NCBI GenBank assembly: GCA_035645145.1
Contig: DASQNC010000022.1
Span: 1,146-65,145 of the forward strand
Length of the DNA: 64,000 nucleotides
Direction of reading: 5' to 3'
Origin: Azospirillaceae bacterium
GTDB lineage: Bacteria > Pseudomonadota > Alphaproteobacteria > Azospirillales > Azospirillaceae
Position numbers and translations under genes: made by a program. A model generated the notes under the pieces. It was not told the origin of the DNA, did not search any database, and worked only from the letters and a program-made list of their open reading frames with translations. Of this stretch, positions 46,137 to 58,173 are shown one piece after another. Position 1 is the first letter of the stretch. Each line of letters opens with the position of its first letter.

Positions 46137-47390
46137 ATGATCCACAGGCGGATTCTGCTCGCGCTTACCGGCGCCGCCGCAATGGCGATGACGGCCCTGC
46201 CGACGATGGCCCAGAACAGCGACCCCGTCCGGATCGCCTTCATCGATCCGCTCTCCGGGCTTCTCGCCACGGTCGGCGAAAGCAACCTCAAGCACCTGCA
46301 GTTCGCCGCCGAGAAGGTGAACGAGCGGGGCGGCGTGCTCGGTGGCCGCAAGCTCGAGATCGTGCCGTTCGACGGCAAGGCCAGCGCCCAGGAAAGCGTG
46401 ACGCAGTTGCGCGCCGCTCTGGACCAGGGCATCCGCATCGTCACCCAGGGCAACGGCACGTCCGTGGCGCTGGCCCTCATCGAGGCGGTCGACCGCCACA
46501 ACCAGCGCAATCCCGGGCAGGAGGTCATCTACCTCAACAACTCGGCCGTCGACCCGGTGCTGACCAACGACAAGTGCAGCTACTGGCACTGGCAGTTCGA
46601 TTCCAACACCACCATGAAGCTGACCACCCTGGTCCGCACCCTGGCCAAGGACACCAATGTGAAGAAGGTGTTCCTGATCAACCAGGACTATGCGTTCGGC
46701 CAGGGCTTCTCGGCGGAGGCCAAGCGGCTTCTGAAGGAGTCGCGCCCGGACATCGAAATCGTGGGTGACGACTTCCATCCGCTGGGCCGCGTGACCGATT
46801 TCTCGCCGTATGTGGCGAAGATCAAGGCTTCGGGCGCGCAGGCCGTGTTCACCGGCAACTGGGGCTCGGATCTGGCGCTTCTGATCCGGGCCGGCAGCGA
46901 GACCGGGCTGAACGTCAACTATTACACCTTCTACGGCCACGTGGTGGGCGCCCCGACCGCGATCGGTCCGGCGGGCGTGGGCCGGGTGCGCACGGCGGTG
47001 CCGTTCCACGACAACCTCGGTCACGAGATCAACAACCCCGAGCTGGTGCAGCTCACCGAGGAGTTCCGCAAGAAGTACAACCTCGACTTCTATGCCGGGT
47101 ACTTCACCTACATGGTCCAGATGCTGGCGAATTCGATCGAAAAGGCCGGCGGAACGGACATGAAGAAGGTGGCCGCCGCCCTGCACACCGCGGAACTGAA
47201 CACCCCGGCGGGCGTAATGAAGGTCCGCCAGGACAACCACCAGATCGAGACCGACTTCGTGGTCGCGGTGCTGGAACGGGGTGTGCCGATCCAGGCCGAG
47301 GGCATCGGGGCCGGCTGGAAGACAGAAGCCAAGTTCCCGGCCCGGGACATCAGCATGCCGACCACCTGCAAGATGAAGGTTCCAAGCTGA
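46137..47390 (+). CDS. ABC transporter substrate-binding protein (LivK / type I periplasmic binding fold)
   Basis: Signal peptide ...ALPTMA|QN; IRIAFIDPLSG...; 417 aa. GGAGGAAGGAGA Shine-Dalgarno. Confidence 0.88.
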   Translation: MIHRRILLALTGAAAMAMTALPTMAQNSDPVRIAFIDPLSGLLATVGESNLKHLQFAAEKVNERGGVLGGRKLEIVPFDGKASAQESVTQLRAALDQGIRIVTQGNGTSVALALIEAVDRHNQRNPGQEVIYLNNSAVDPVLTNDKCSYWHWQFDSNTTMKLTTLVRTLAKDTNVKKVFLINQDYAFGQGFSAEAKRLLKESRPDIEIVGDDFHPLGRVTDFSPYVAKIKASGAQAVFTGNWGSDLALLIRAGSETGLNVNYYTFYGHVVGAPTAIGPAGVGRVRTAVPFHDNLGHEINNPELVQLTEEFRKKYNLDFYAGYFTYMVQMLANSIEKAGGTDMKKVAAALHTAELNTPAGVMKVRQDNHQIETDFVVAVLERGVPIQAEGIGAGWKTEAKFPARDISMPTTCKMKVPS

Positions 47391-47534
47391 CGGCCGCCGC
47401 ATGAACGCCCGGCGCCCCGCAACCGCATGCCGTCGCCCGGCGACGGTTATGGCGGGGACGGGGCGCCGGCTTCCGTCCGTCCCCCGGGCGGGGGCATGGA
47501 CGGCCGAGCACCGCAGCAGGCCTGGAAGACGGTC

Positions 47535-48485
47535 ATGGAACTCGTCGCGATCTCGCTTCTGAACGGCGTGCTCTACGGCATGCTGCTGTTCATGCTGGCC
47601 AGCGGGCTGACGGTGATCTTCAGCCTCATGGGGGTGCTGAACTTCGCCCACGCCAGCTTCTACATGGTGGGCGCCTATTTCGCCTACACCATCAGCCGCT
47701 ACGTCGGTTTCTGGCCGGCCCTGTTCATCGCGCCCGTGGCGGTCGCGCTGTTCGGGGCCGCGGTCGAACGCTGGGGCCTGCGCACGGTGCACCGGCACGG
47801 CCATGTGGCCGAGCTGTTGTTCACCTTCGGCTTGGCCTTCGTGATCGAGAAGGTGGTCATCATCGTCTGGGGCCTGGTCCCGGTGCCCTACCGCATCCCC
47901 GCCGGTCTCGACGTCCCGGCCCTGACCCTGTTCGGCACGGATGTGTCGGCCTACCGCATCTTCATGCTGTGCGTGTCGGTGGCGATCTTCGCCGGCCTGT
48001 ACTGGGGTCTGGTGAAGACCCGCATCGGCCTGATCGTGCAGGCGTCGCTGACCCATCCGGAGATGGTCGGGGCGTTGGGCCACAATGTGCCCCGCATCTT
48101 CACGATGGTGTTCGCGGGCGGCTCGGCGCTGGCCGGCCTCGCCGGGGTGATCGGCGGCAACTATTTGGTCACCAGCCCGTCCATGGCCCTGCAACTCGGG
48201 CCCATCGTCTTCGTCGTCGTGGTGCTGGGCGGGCTGGGCTCGGTCACCGGCGCGCTGATCGCGTCCATGCTGGTCGGACTGGTGCAGACCTTCGCGGTCG
48301 CCTTCGACCTGTCGTTGGCCGACCTGCTGCGCAACCTGTTCGGCGTGCAGAACGTCCGCGGTTGGTGGATCCAGGAGCTCCTGGAGCTGAACCTGTCCCG
48401 GACGGCCCCGGTCCTGCCGTTCCTGCTGCTGGTCCTGATCCTCATCGTCCGCCCGCGCGGCATTCTGGGAACCCGCGAGACATGA
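47535..48485 (+). CDS. Branched-chain-type ABC transporter permease (LivH-like)
   Basis: MELVAISLLNGVLYGMLLFMLASGLTVIFSLMGVLNFAHASFYMVGAY. Confidence 0.9.
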   Translation: MELVAISLLNGVLYGMLLFMLASGLTVIFSLMGVLNFAHASFYMVGAYFAYTISRYVGFWPALFIAPVAVALFGAAVERWGLRTVHRHGHVAELLFTFGLAFVIEKVVIIVWGLVPVPYRIPAGLDVPALTLFGTDVSAYRIFMLCVSVAIFAGLYWGLVKTRIGLIVQASLTHPEMVGALGHNVPRIFTMVFAGGSALAGLAGVIGGNYLVTSPSMALQLGPIVFVVVVLGGLGSVTGALIASMLVGLVQTFAVAFDLSLADLLRNLFGVQNVRGWWIQELLELNLSRTAPVLPFLLLVLILIVRPRGILGTRET

Positions 48486-49786
48486 CAGCGCGACACACCT
48501 TCGCGGGGACGGGGGCGGCGTCCCGCGCCAACGTTGCCGGCGTCGCATCCTATCTGGCGGCCTGGTTGGTGGCGGCGGCGTTCGTGCTGGTCCTGCCCCT
48601 GGTCCTGACCAGCAACTTCCACATCTCGCTGATGAGCCAGATGGGGATCGCGGTCGTCTTCGCGCTCTCCTACAACATGCTGCTGGGGCAGGGCGGGATG
48701 CTCAGTTTCGGCCATGCCGTCCTGTTCGGGTTGGGCGCCTTCTGCGCAATCCATGGCATCCGCTGGCTGATGGACGGGCTGTGGGCGCTGCCGCTGGAAC
48801 TGATTCCGCTGGCCGGCGGTGTGGCGGGGCTGTTCTTCGGCATCCTGATCGGCGCCGTCGCCACCCGCCGGGCCGCCACGGCCTTCGCCATGATCACGCT
48901 GGGTCTGGGCGAGCTGATCGCCACCTCGGCGATCATGTTCAAGGGGTTCTTCGGCGGCGAAAGCGGCGTCACCGCCGACCGCATGGTCGACCAGCGGCTC
49001 CTGCCCTTCACCTACGGTCCCAGCATCCACGTCTACTACCTGATCGCGGCGTGGATGTTCCTGGCCACCCTGCTGATGTACCTGCAAACTCGCACGCCGC
49101 TCGGCCGCATGGCCAATGCCGTGCGCGACAACCCGTTGCGGGCGCAGTTCGTCGGCTACGACCCGTACATGGTGCGGTTCTTCCAGTTCGCCCTGTCCGG
49201 CTTCTTCGCCGGCATCGCGGGCGGCCTGTTCGCCATCAACCACGAGCTGGTCAACTTCGAGGCGGTGGCCGCCGGCCAATCGGGGCTGGTGCTGCTGATG
49301 ACGTTCATCGGCGGGGTCGGCCACTTCTTCGGGCCGGTGCTGGGGGCCATCCTGGTGACCCTGCTGCAATCCACCCTCAGCCTCGTGACCGGCGCCTGGA
49401 TGCTTTATTTCGGCATCCTGTTCGTGCTGATGGTGATGTTCGCGCCGGGCGGGATCGCCGGCCTGATCGCGATGCATGCCCCGGCCGTCCGGGCGGGACG
49501 GCTGCACACGCTGGCCGTGCCCTACCTGCGCGCGCTCGTCCCCGCGCTGATGGTGTTCGCGGGCTTCGTCCTGTTCGTCGAGGTCAACTACCACCTGTCC
49601 GCCCACGGGGGCCGCGGGCCGGTGCGGGTCTGGTGGATGGGCTGGGAGGCCGGATCGCCCCTGACCTGGATCGCCGTCGCGGTCCTCGTCCTCGGCGGCG
49701 GCTGGTGGCTGCGGCGCGAAGCCCGCGGCGTGCGCGCCGCCTGGGGCGAAGTCGATGGCTATATCAAGAGCGGGGGAGGCCAATGA
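48482..49786 (+). CDS. Branched-chain-type ABC transporter permease (LivM-like)
   Basis: ...ALSYNMLLGQGGMLSFGHAVLFGLGAF.... The ATG overlaps the upstream stop (ATGA). Confidence 0.9.
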   Translation: MTARHTFAGTGAASRANVAGVASYLAAWLVAAAFVLVLPLVLTSNFHISLMSQMGIAVVFALSYNMLLGQGGMLSFGHAVLFGLGAFCAIHGIRWLMDGLWALPLELIPLAGGVAGLFFGILIGAVATRRAATAFAMITLGLGELIATSAIMFKGFFGGESGVTADRMVDQRLLPFTYGPSIHVYYLIAAWMFLATLLMYLQTRTPLGRMANAVRDNPLRAQFVGYDPYMVRFFQFALSGFFAGIAGGLFAINHELVNFEAVAAGQSGLVLLMTFIGGVGHFFGPVLGAILVTLLQSTLSLVTGAWMLYFGILFVLMVMFAPGGIAGLIAMHAPAVRAGRLHTLAVPYLRALVPALMVFAGFVLFVEVNYHLSAHGGRGPVRVWWMGWEAGSPLTWIAVAVLVLGGGWWLRREARGVRAAWGEVDGYIKSGGGQ

Positions 49787-50535
49787 CCGTCGCCGCCATC
49801 GAACTGGCCGGGGTCACCAAGAACTTCGGTCTGACCCGGATCATCCAGGGCGTGGACCTGTCGATCCGGGCGGGCGAGCGGCACGCCATCATCGGCCCCA
49901 ACGGCGCCGGCAAGACGACGCTGTTCAACCTGATCAGCGGCCGCCTCACGCCCACCGGCGGATCGATCCGCCTGCACGGGCAGGAGATCGCGGGCCGGGC
50001 GCCCCACCGGATCAACCGCATGGGGCTGTCCCGCAGTTTCCAGGTGACCAGCCTGTTCCAGCGCATGACCGCGTTCGAGAACATCCGCTGCGGCCTGCTG
50101 TGGGCGCGCGGCTACCGCTACTCGTTCTGGCACCTGCTCGGGTTCCAGCGGCGCTTGAACGAAGAGGCGCAGGCCATCCTGGAGCGTCTGCACCTCGCCC
50201 ATCGCCGGGATGTGCCGGCCGGGCTCCTGTCCTATGCCGAGCAGCGTGCGTTGGAGATCGGGGTGACCATCGCCGGCGGGGCCGACGTGATCCTTTTGGA
50301 CGAACCCACCGCCGGCATGAGCCACACGGAGACCGACCAGGTCGTGCACCTGATCCGCGAGGCCACGGCCGGCAAGACCCTGCTGATGGTGGAGCACGAC
50401 ATGGGCGTCGTCTTCGACCTGGCCGACCGGATCAGCGTGCTCGTCTACGGCCAGTTGATCGCAACCGACGTGCCCGAGCGTATCCGTGGCAACAAGGCCG
50501 TCCAGGAAGCCTATCTGGGCCAGGAGGTCGCCTGA
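49783..50535 (+). CDS. ABC transporter ATP-binding protein (LivG-like)
   Basis: GPNGAGKTT, LSYAEQRALEIG, ILLDEPTAGM. The ATG overlaps the upstream stop. Confidence 0.92.
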   Translation: MTVAAIELAGVTKNFGLTRIIQGVDLSIRAGERHAIIGPNGAGKTTLFNLISGRLTPTGGSIRLHGQEIAGRAPHRINRMGLSRSFQVTSLFQRMTAFENIRCGLLWARGYRYSFWHLLGFQRRLNEEAQAILERLHLAHRRDVPAGLLSYAEQRALEIGVTIAGGADVILLDEPTAGMSHTETDQVVHLIREATAGKTLLMVEHDMGVVFDLADRISVLVYGQLIATDVPERIRGNKAVQEAYLGQEVA

Positions 50536-51230
50536 TGCTCGAGGTCCGCAACCTCAATGCCTATTACGGCAAGATCCATGTGCTGCAGGGCGTGGATCTG
50601 GACATCCGCGAGGGCGAGATCGTCAGCCTTCTCGGCCGCAACGGCGTCGGACGGTCCACCACCTGCAAGGCGATCATGGGCCTGGTCCCGCCCGTGGGCG
50701 AGATCCGCTATCGCGGCCAGTCCATTGCCGGACTGAAGGCCCACGAGATCGCCCATCATGGCATCGGCTACGTGCCCGAGGACCGCCAGATTTTCCCCGC
50801 CCTGACGGTGCGGCAGAACCTGGACCTGGGGCGCAAGTCGGGGAAGAACGGCGGGCGCTGGTCCATGCGCGACATGTTCACCCTGTTCCCCCGGCTGGAG
50901 GAGCGCGTCGACGTGCCCGCCGGGGCGCTGTCGGGCGGCGAGCAGCAGATGCTGACCATGTGCCGCACGCTGATGGGCGATCCGGACCTGATCATCATCG
51001 ACGAGCCGACCGAGGGCTTGGCGCCCAAGATCGTGGAGCAGGTCGGCGACTTCCTGGCCGAGATCACCCGGCGGGGTCTTTCGGTCCTGCTGGTGGAGCA
51101 GAAGTTGACCATCGCGCTGCGGATTTCCCACCGGCTCTACGTCATGGGGCACGGGCGCATCGTCTTCGAGGGATCGCCCGCCGACCTCGCCGCCGCCGAC
51201 GGCGTGCGCAAGGAGTGGCTGGAAGTCTAG
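50535..51230 (+). CDS. ABC transporter ATP-binding protein (LivF-like)
   Basis: GRNGVGRST, LSGGEQQML, IIIDEPTEGLAP. One-nucleotide overlap with the upstream stop. Confidence 0.92.
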   Translation: MLEVRNLNAYYGKIHVLQGVDLDIREGEIVSLLGRNGVGRSTTCKAIMGLVPPVGEIRYRGQSIAGLKAHEIAHHGIGYVPEDRQIFPALTVRQNLDLGRKSGKNGGRWSMRDMFTLFPRLEERVDVPAGALSGGEQQMLTMCRTLMGDPDLIIIDEPTEGLAPKIVEQVGDFLAEITRRGLSVLLVEQKLTIALRISHRLYVMGHGRIVFEGSPADLAAADGVRKEWLEV

Positions 51231-51323
51231 GACGCCGCCGACCGGGCATGCCGGGGCGGGGTGGAAGCGGATGAACGAAACGGGTCGCGGCAAACGCGGC
51301 CCTCGGACGCGGGGAGCATTGGC

Positions 51324-53396
<2,073 letters not shown>

Positions 53397-53429
53397 CAAG
53401 GGCGGCGGCACTAGCCAAGGAGTGGACCG

Positions 53430-54626
53430 ATGGACCTTCGCTTCACGAAGGATGAGGAAGACTTCCGCACCATGGTGCGGGCCTGGTTCCAGGAGAACGT
53501 GCCCGCGTCCCTGCGCAAGAAGGTCGTGGAGGGGCTGCGGCTGTCCAAGGACGACACCGTCGCCTGGCAGCACAGGCTGAACGCGCGCGGCTGGCTCGCC
53601 CCGCACTGGCCGGTGGAATACGGCGGCACCGGCTGGACCCCCATCCAGGCCCACATCTTCGAAGAGGAAATGGCCATGGCGGGGGCGCCGCCGCCGCTTC
53701 CCTTCGGCGTCAGCATGGTCGGGCCCGTCATCTACACCTTCGGCTCGGACGAGCAGAAGAAGCACTACCTGCCGCGCATCCTGTCGTCGGAGGACTGGTG
53801 GTGCCAGGGCTTTTCCGAGCCGGGGTCCGGGTCGGACCTGGCCAGCCTGCGGACCAAGGCGGTGCTGGACGGCGACCATTGGGTTGTCAACGGCCAGAAG
53901 ACCTGGACCACACTGGCCCAGCACGCCGACATGATATTCTGCCTGGTCCGGACCGAACCCGAGGCGAAGGCGCAGTCGGGCATCTCGTTCCTGCTGATCG
54001 ACATGAAGACGCCGGGCATCACCGTCCGCCCGATCATCACCATCGACGGCGAGCACGAGGTGAACGAGGTCTTCTTCGACGACGTGCGGGTCCCGGCCGC
54101 CAACCTGGTGGGCGAGCGCGGCAAGGGCTGGAGCTATGCCAAGTTCCTGCTCGGCAACGAGCGCACGGGCATCGCGGGGGTGGGCCGCTCCAAGCGCCAG
54201 TTGCAGCGGCTGCGCCGGATCGCGTCGGCCGAGCATGTGGATGGCCGCCCGCTGATCCAGGACCCGCTGTTCCGCCGCAAGATCGCCGAGGTCGAGGTGG
54301 AGCTGGCGGCGCTGGAAATGACGGTCCTGCGCGTGGCCGCCAACGCCACCGCCGGCCACGGGCCGGGCCCGGAGGCGTCGATCCTCAAGATCAAGGGCAC
54401 CGAGATCCAGCAGGCGATCACCGAACTGCTGGTCGAGGCGGTCGGCCCCTACGCCCTGCCGTTCCAGCCCGACGCGATGGAGGAGGGGTGGAACGGGGAG
54501 CCGGTCGGGCCCGAACACGCCGCACCCGTGGCGCCCACCTACTTCAACTGGCGCAAGGTCTCGATCTACGGCGGGTCGAACGAGATCCAGCGCAACATCC
54601 TGGCCAAGGCGGTGCTGGGGCTGTAG
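53430..54626 (+). CDS. Acyl-CoA dehydrogenase, PimC-like (pimeloyl-CoA dehydrogenase large-subunit family)
   Basis: MDLRFTKDEEDFR...WWCQGFSEPGSGSDLASL...NGQKTWTTLAQHAD...YGGSNEIQRNILAK (catalytic Glu present). AAGGAG Shine-Dalgarno. Confidence 0.9.
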   Translation: MDLRFTKDEEDFRTMVRAWFQENVPASLRKKVVEGLRLSKDDTVAWQHRLNARGWLAPHWPVEYGGTGWTPIQAHIFEEEMAMAGAPPPLPFGVSMVGPVIYTFGSDEQKKHYLPRILSSEDWWCQGFSEPGSGSDLASLRTKAVLDGDHWVVNGQKTWTTLAQHADMIFCLVRTEPEAKAQSGISFLLIDMKTPGITVRPIITIDGEHEVNEVFFDDVRVPAANLVGERGKGWSYAKFLLGNERTGIAGVGRSKRQLQRLRRIASAEHVDGRPLIQDPLFRRKIAEVEVELAALEMTVLRVAANATAGHGPGPEASILKIKGTEIQQAITELLVEAVGPYALPFQPDAMEEGWNGEPVGPEHAAPVAPTYFNWRKVSIYGGSNEIQRNILAKAVLGL

Positions 54627-54702
54627 CGGCGCGGGCAGCGCCAACGACAAGAACGCGGACCCCGGCCGGGGTCATCGGCCGGGGTCAGGGGACGAGGGAC
54701 GC

Positions 54703-55836
54703 ATGGACTTCACGCTTTCCGACGAGCAGCGCCTGTTGCAGGACACCGTGGCCCGCTTCGTGGCCGACCAGTACGGGTTCGAGGACCGCATGGCCGCCAC
54801 CCGGGCGCCGGAGGGCTTCAAGCGCACCACCTGGGCGAAGTTCGCCGACATGGGGCTGCTGGGCCTGCCCTTCGCCGAGGAGTACGGCGGGATCGGCGGT
54901 AAGGCCGAAGAGGTCATGCTGGTCATGGAGCAGCTCGGCCGCGGCCTGGTGGTGGATCCCTGGCTCTGGACCGTGGTCCTGTGCGGCGGGCTGGTGTCGG
55001 CCGCGGGCACCCCGCGCCAGAAGGACGAAATCCTGCCTGCGGTGACGGAAGGCCGGATGCTGCTGGCCCTGGCCCATGCCGAGCCGCAGTCCCGCTACAC
55101 CCTGTCCGACGTGCAGGCGACCGCCGAACAGCGCGGGTCCGACTTCGTCCTGCACGGCCGCAAGACCTTGGTCATGTTCGGCGACAGCGCGGACCACCTG
55201 ATCGTCTCCGCGCGCCTGGAGGGTGGCCGGCGGGATGAGCGGGGCATCGGCCTGTTCCTCGTTCCGCGCACGGCCAAGGGCGTGGAGGTCCGGGGCTACC
55301 CCACCGTGGACGGGTTGCGCGCGGCCGAAGTCGCACTGTCCGGGGTCAAGGTGCCGGTGGATGCGGTGCTCGGGCCGCTCGGCCTGGCCTTCCCCCACTT
55401 GCAGGCCGCCGTCGACCGCGCCATCGCCGCACTGTGCGCGGAAGCGGTGGGCGTCATGGGCAAAGTGAACGAGATCACGCTCGACTACCTGAAGACCCGC
55501 AAGCAGTTCGGTGTCCCGATCGGCAACTTCCAGGTCCTGCAGCACCGCATGGTGGACATGACCACGGCCTACGAACAGGCCCGGAGCATGATGTATCTGG
55601 CCGCCATGCACGCCGACGACACCGACCCCATGCGCCGGCGCCGGCAGGTTTCCGCCGCCAAGGCCCTGATCGGCCGGTCGGGGAAGCTGGTCGGCCAGGG
55701 GGCCGTCCAGCTCCATGGCGGTATCGGCATGACCATGGAGTACTCGGTCGGCCACTACTTCAAGCGCCTGACCGCCATCGATCTGACCTTCGGCGACGCC
55801 GACCATCACCTGGGATTGTTCGCCGACGCCGCCTGA
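54703..55836 (+). CDS. Acyl-CoA dehydrogenase, PimD-like (small / non-catalytic-looking subunit)
   Basis: MDFTLSDEQRLLQDTV... ACAD fold, but the C-terminal position aligned with YEGT reads TFGDADHH, so there is no Glu. Confidence 0.85.
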   Translation: MDFTLSDEQRLLQDTVARFVADQYGFEDRMAATRAPEGFKRTTWAKFADMGLLGLPFAEEYGGIGGKAEEVMLVMEQLGRGLVVDPWLWTVVLCGGLVSAAGTPRQKDEILPAVTEGRMLLALAHAEPQSRYTLSDVQATAEQRGSDFVLHGRKTLVMFGDSADHLIVSARLEGGRRDERGIGLFLVPRTAKGVEVRGYPTVDGLRAAEVALSGVKVPVDAVLGPLGLAFPHLQAAVDRAIAALCAEAVGVMGKVNEITLDYLKTRKQFGVPIGNFQVLQHRMVDMTTAYEQARSMMYLAAMHADDTDPMRRRRQVSAAKALIGRSGKLVGQGAVQLHGGIGMTMEYSVGHYFKRLTAIDLTFGDADHHLGLFADAA

Positions 55837-55893
55837 CGCCCCTGGGCGTGAAGTCCCGGGGGCACCCGCCCCGACGGACCGGGAGGACCGCAC

Positions 55894-57687
55894 ATGTCCA
55901 CCATCATCGACCGACGCGATCTGTCGTTCCAGCTCTATGACGTGCTGGATGTGGAGCGGTTCACCCGGCGCCCGCGCTACGCCGACCACAGCCGCGAGAC
56001 GTTCGATGCGGCGATCGACACGGCCCACCGCATCGCCGCGGACGCCTTCCAACCGCACAACCGCAAGGCCGACGAACACGAGCCCCACATCGTCGACGGC
56101 AAGGTCCGCATCATCCCCGAGGTGAAGGCGGCGCTGGACGCGTTTTGTGGCGCGGGGCTGATGGCGGCCGAGCACGATTACGAGCTGGGCGGCATGCAGT
56201 TGCCCTGGTCCGTCGGACAGGCCGTGTTCGGGCTGTTCCAGGGTGCCAACGTGGCCACCGTGTCCTATGCGATGCTGACGCGGGGGGCGGCCAACGTCCT
56301 GCGGGTCTTCGGTACGGACGAGCAGAAGCGGACCTACCTGCTGCCCATGCTGGAGGGGCGCTGGTTCGGCACCATGGTGCTGACCGAACCGCAGGCCGGT
56401 TCGTCGTTGGCGGACATCAAGACCGCGGCCGAACCGGCCGGCGACGGCTCCTACCGGATCACGGGCAACAAGATCTTCATCTCCGCCGGCGACCACGGGC
56501 TGTCGGAGAACATCGTCCATCTCGTGCTGGCGCGGATCAAGGGGGCGCCCGCCGGCACGCGCGGCATTTCGCTGTTCCTGGTGCCCAAGTACCTGCCCGA
56601 CGCCGACGGCCGCCCCGGCCGGCGCAACGACCTCGCGCTGGCGGGCCTGATCCACAAGATGGGCTGGCGGGGCACCACCTCGACCATGCTGAACTTCGGC
56701 GAGAACGAAGGCGCCACGGGGTGGTTGGTGGGCGAGGCCGGCCAGGGCCTTGCCACCATGTTCCACATGATGAACGAGGCCCGCATCGGGGTCGGCATGG
56801 CCGCCACCATGCTCGGCTACACCGGCTATCTCCACGCGCTCGAATACGCGCGCGGCCGGCCACAGGGGCGCCACGCCGACGCCAAGGACCCGCTCAGCCC
56901 GCAGGTGCCCATCATCGAACACGCCGATGTGCGCCGCATGCTTCTGGCCCAGAAGGCGGCGACGGAAGGCGCGCTGTCGCTCTGCCTCTACGCCGCGTCC
57001 CTGGTGGACGACCAGCACACCCATCCCGACGAGACCAAACGCCGGGAAGCCGGGCTTCTGCTCGACATCCTGACCCCGATCGTCAAGGCGTGGCCTTCGG
57101 AACACTGCCTCGACGCCAACAGGTTGGCGATCCAGGTCCACGGTGGATACGGCTACACCCGTGAATACCCGGTGGAGCAGTTCTACCGCGACAACCGCCT
57201 GAACCTCATCCACGAGGGGACCAACGGGATCCAGGCACTCGACCTTCTCGGACGCAAGGCGACCCTGCAGGGCGGGGCGGTGTTCAGCCTGCTGATGCGC
57301 GAGATCCGGGCCACCATCGACGCGGCACGCGGCGGCCCGGCCGAGGATGTGCGCCGCATGGCGGAGGAGCTGGACGCGGCCGTGGCGCTGGCCGAGGCGA
57401 CGACGGGCACCCTGGCCACTGCGGTCGGTCGCGGCGAGGGCCGCAAGGCGCTGGCGAATGCCGCGCTCTACCTGGACCAGATGGGCCACACCGTGGTGGC
57501 CTGGATGTGGCTGCGCCAAGCAATGGTCGCCGCCAACGGGCAGGGCGGCGATGGGGATTTCCGGCGCGGCAAACGCCAGACCGCCCGCTACTTCTTCACC
57601 TTCGAGCTGCCGAGGGCTCGGCACTGGGCGTCCGTGCTGCAAGGCCTGGACACCACAACGCTCGACATGGCCGAAGGCTGGTTCTGA
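55894..57687 (+). CDS. Large (597 aa) acyl-CoA dehydrogenase with extended C-terminal domain
   Basis: ...TEPQAGSSLADI..., ITGNKIFISAGDH, IHEGTNGIQALDL, and a C-terminal ~150-aa extension. Confidence 0.88.
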   Translation: MSTIIDRRDLSFQLYDVLDVERFTRRPRYADHSRETFDAAIDTAHRIAADAFQPHNRKADEHEPHIVDGKVRIIPEVKAALDAFCGAGLMAAEHDYELGGMQLPWSVGQAVFGLFQGANVATVSYAMLTRGAANVLRVFGTDEQKRTYLLPMLEGRWFGTMVLTEPQAGSSLADIKTAAEPAGDGSYRITGNKIFISAGDHGLSENIVHLVLARIKGAPAGTRGISLFLVPKYLPDADGRPGRRNDLALAGLIHKMGWRGTTSTMLNFGENEGATGWLVGEAGQGLATMFHMMNEARIGVGMAATMLGYTGYLHALEYARGRPQGRHADAKDPLSPQVPIIEHADVRRMLLAQKAATEGALSLCLYAASLVDDQHTHPDETKRREAGLLLDILTPIVKAWPSEHCLDANRLAIQVHGGYGYTREYPVEQFYRDNRLNLIHEGTNGIQALDLLGRKATLQGGAVFSLLMREIRATIDAARGGPAEDVRRMAEELDAAVALAEATTGTLATAVGRGEGRKALANAALYLDQMGHTVVAWMWLRQAMVAANGQGGDGDFRRGKRQTARYFFTFELPRARHWASVLQGLDTTTLDMAEGWF

Positions 57688-57706
57688 GGGGGCGTGAAGC
57701 CCCCTC
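57686..57706. terminator. Stem-loop between the convergent ACAD gene and the small Gly-rich ORF
   Basis: GAGGGGGC-GTGAA-GCCCCCTC overlapping the ACAD stop codon. Confidence 0.45.
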
Positions 57707-57752
57707 GATGTGATCGGGCTTTCCCCAGTGCCGAGGCCTCAGTGCAGGGGCC

Positions 57753-58109
57753 TCAACGTGGGGCACCGCCTTCGGGCTTGGGGGTCTTGGGGTCCGGGCG
57801 GTCGCCGGTGATATGGCCCGGCGCGTCGGCGTGTTGACCGGTGTCCTTGCCCGCAGTCACCGTCACCCCCGGGCCATCGGCACTGCCACCCACCGGATGG
57901 CCCGACGCGTCATTCCGGGCCGCGCTTTGGCCCGCGCCCATTCCTTGGCCCGCCCGGGTGCCACCGGTACCGCCCACGCCGGCACCCGCCGACGGTGTGC
58001 GCTTGTCGGTGTGGGCATTCAGGTCGTCCGGCCTGGGATTGGCTGCGTTCTTCTTGCCGTGGGCGGCAAGCGTATCCGGCCCGATGGGCGGGGCCTTGAG
58101 TTGCACCAT
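57753..58109 (-). CDS. Small Gly/Ala/Pro-rich hydrophilic (probably disordered) hypothetical protein
   Basis: 118 aa. Strong GC3 bias in this frame (for example ATC ACC GGC GAC CGC CCG GAC CCC AAG ACC CCC AAG). No TM and no known motif. Preceded by a GGAAC-N16-TGTT motif. Confidence 0.5.
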   Translation of the reverse strand: MVQLKAPPIGPDTLAAHGKKNAANPRPDDLNAHTDKRTPSAGAGVGGTGGTRAGQGMGAGQSAARNDASGHPVGGSADGPGVTVTAGKDTGQHADAPGHITGDRPDPKTPKPEGGAPR

Positions 58110-58148
58110 GATGATCTTCGTCCGTCGCGGCTTGGGGCGGACGTGGGC

Positions 58149-58173
58149 AACAGGAGCGGGCCGGGTCGGTTCC
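58149..58173 (-). promoter_or_regulatory. EcfG-type (general stress response) promoter-like motif
   Basis: Minus strand GGAACcgacccggcccgctccTGTT (GGAAC-N16-TGTT), 39 nt upstream of the ATG at 58109. Confidence 0.45.

Noticed and set aside
54685-57642. 985-aa ORF antisense to the PimD-like and 597-aa ACAD genes; similar cases at 46017..48548, 58730..60379 and 25497..27065
   Set aside because: All overlap sense-strand genes with clear catalytic motifs, and all have the same low-complexity composition.
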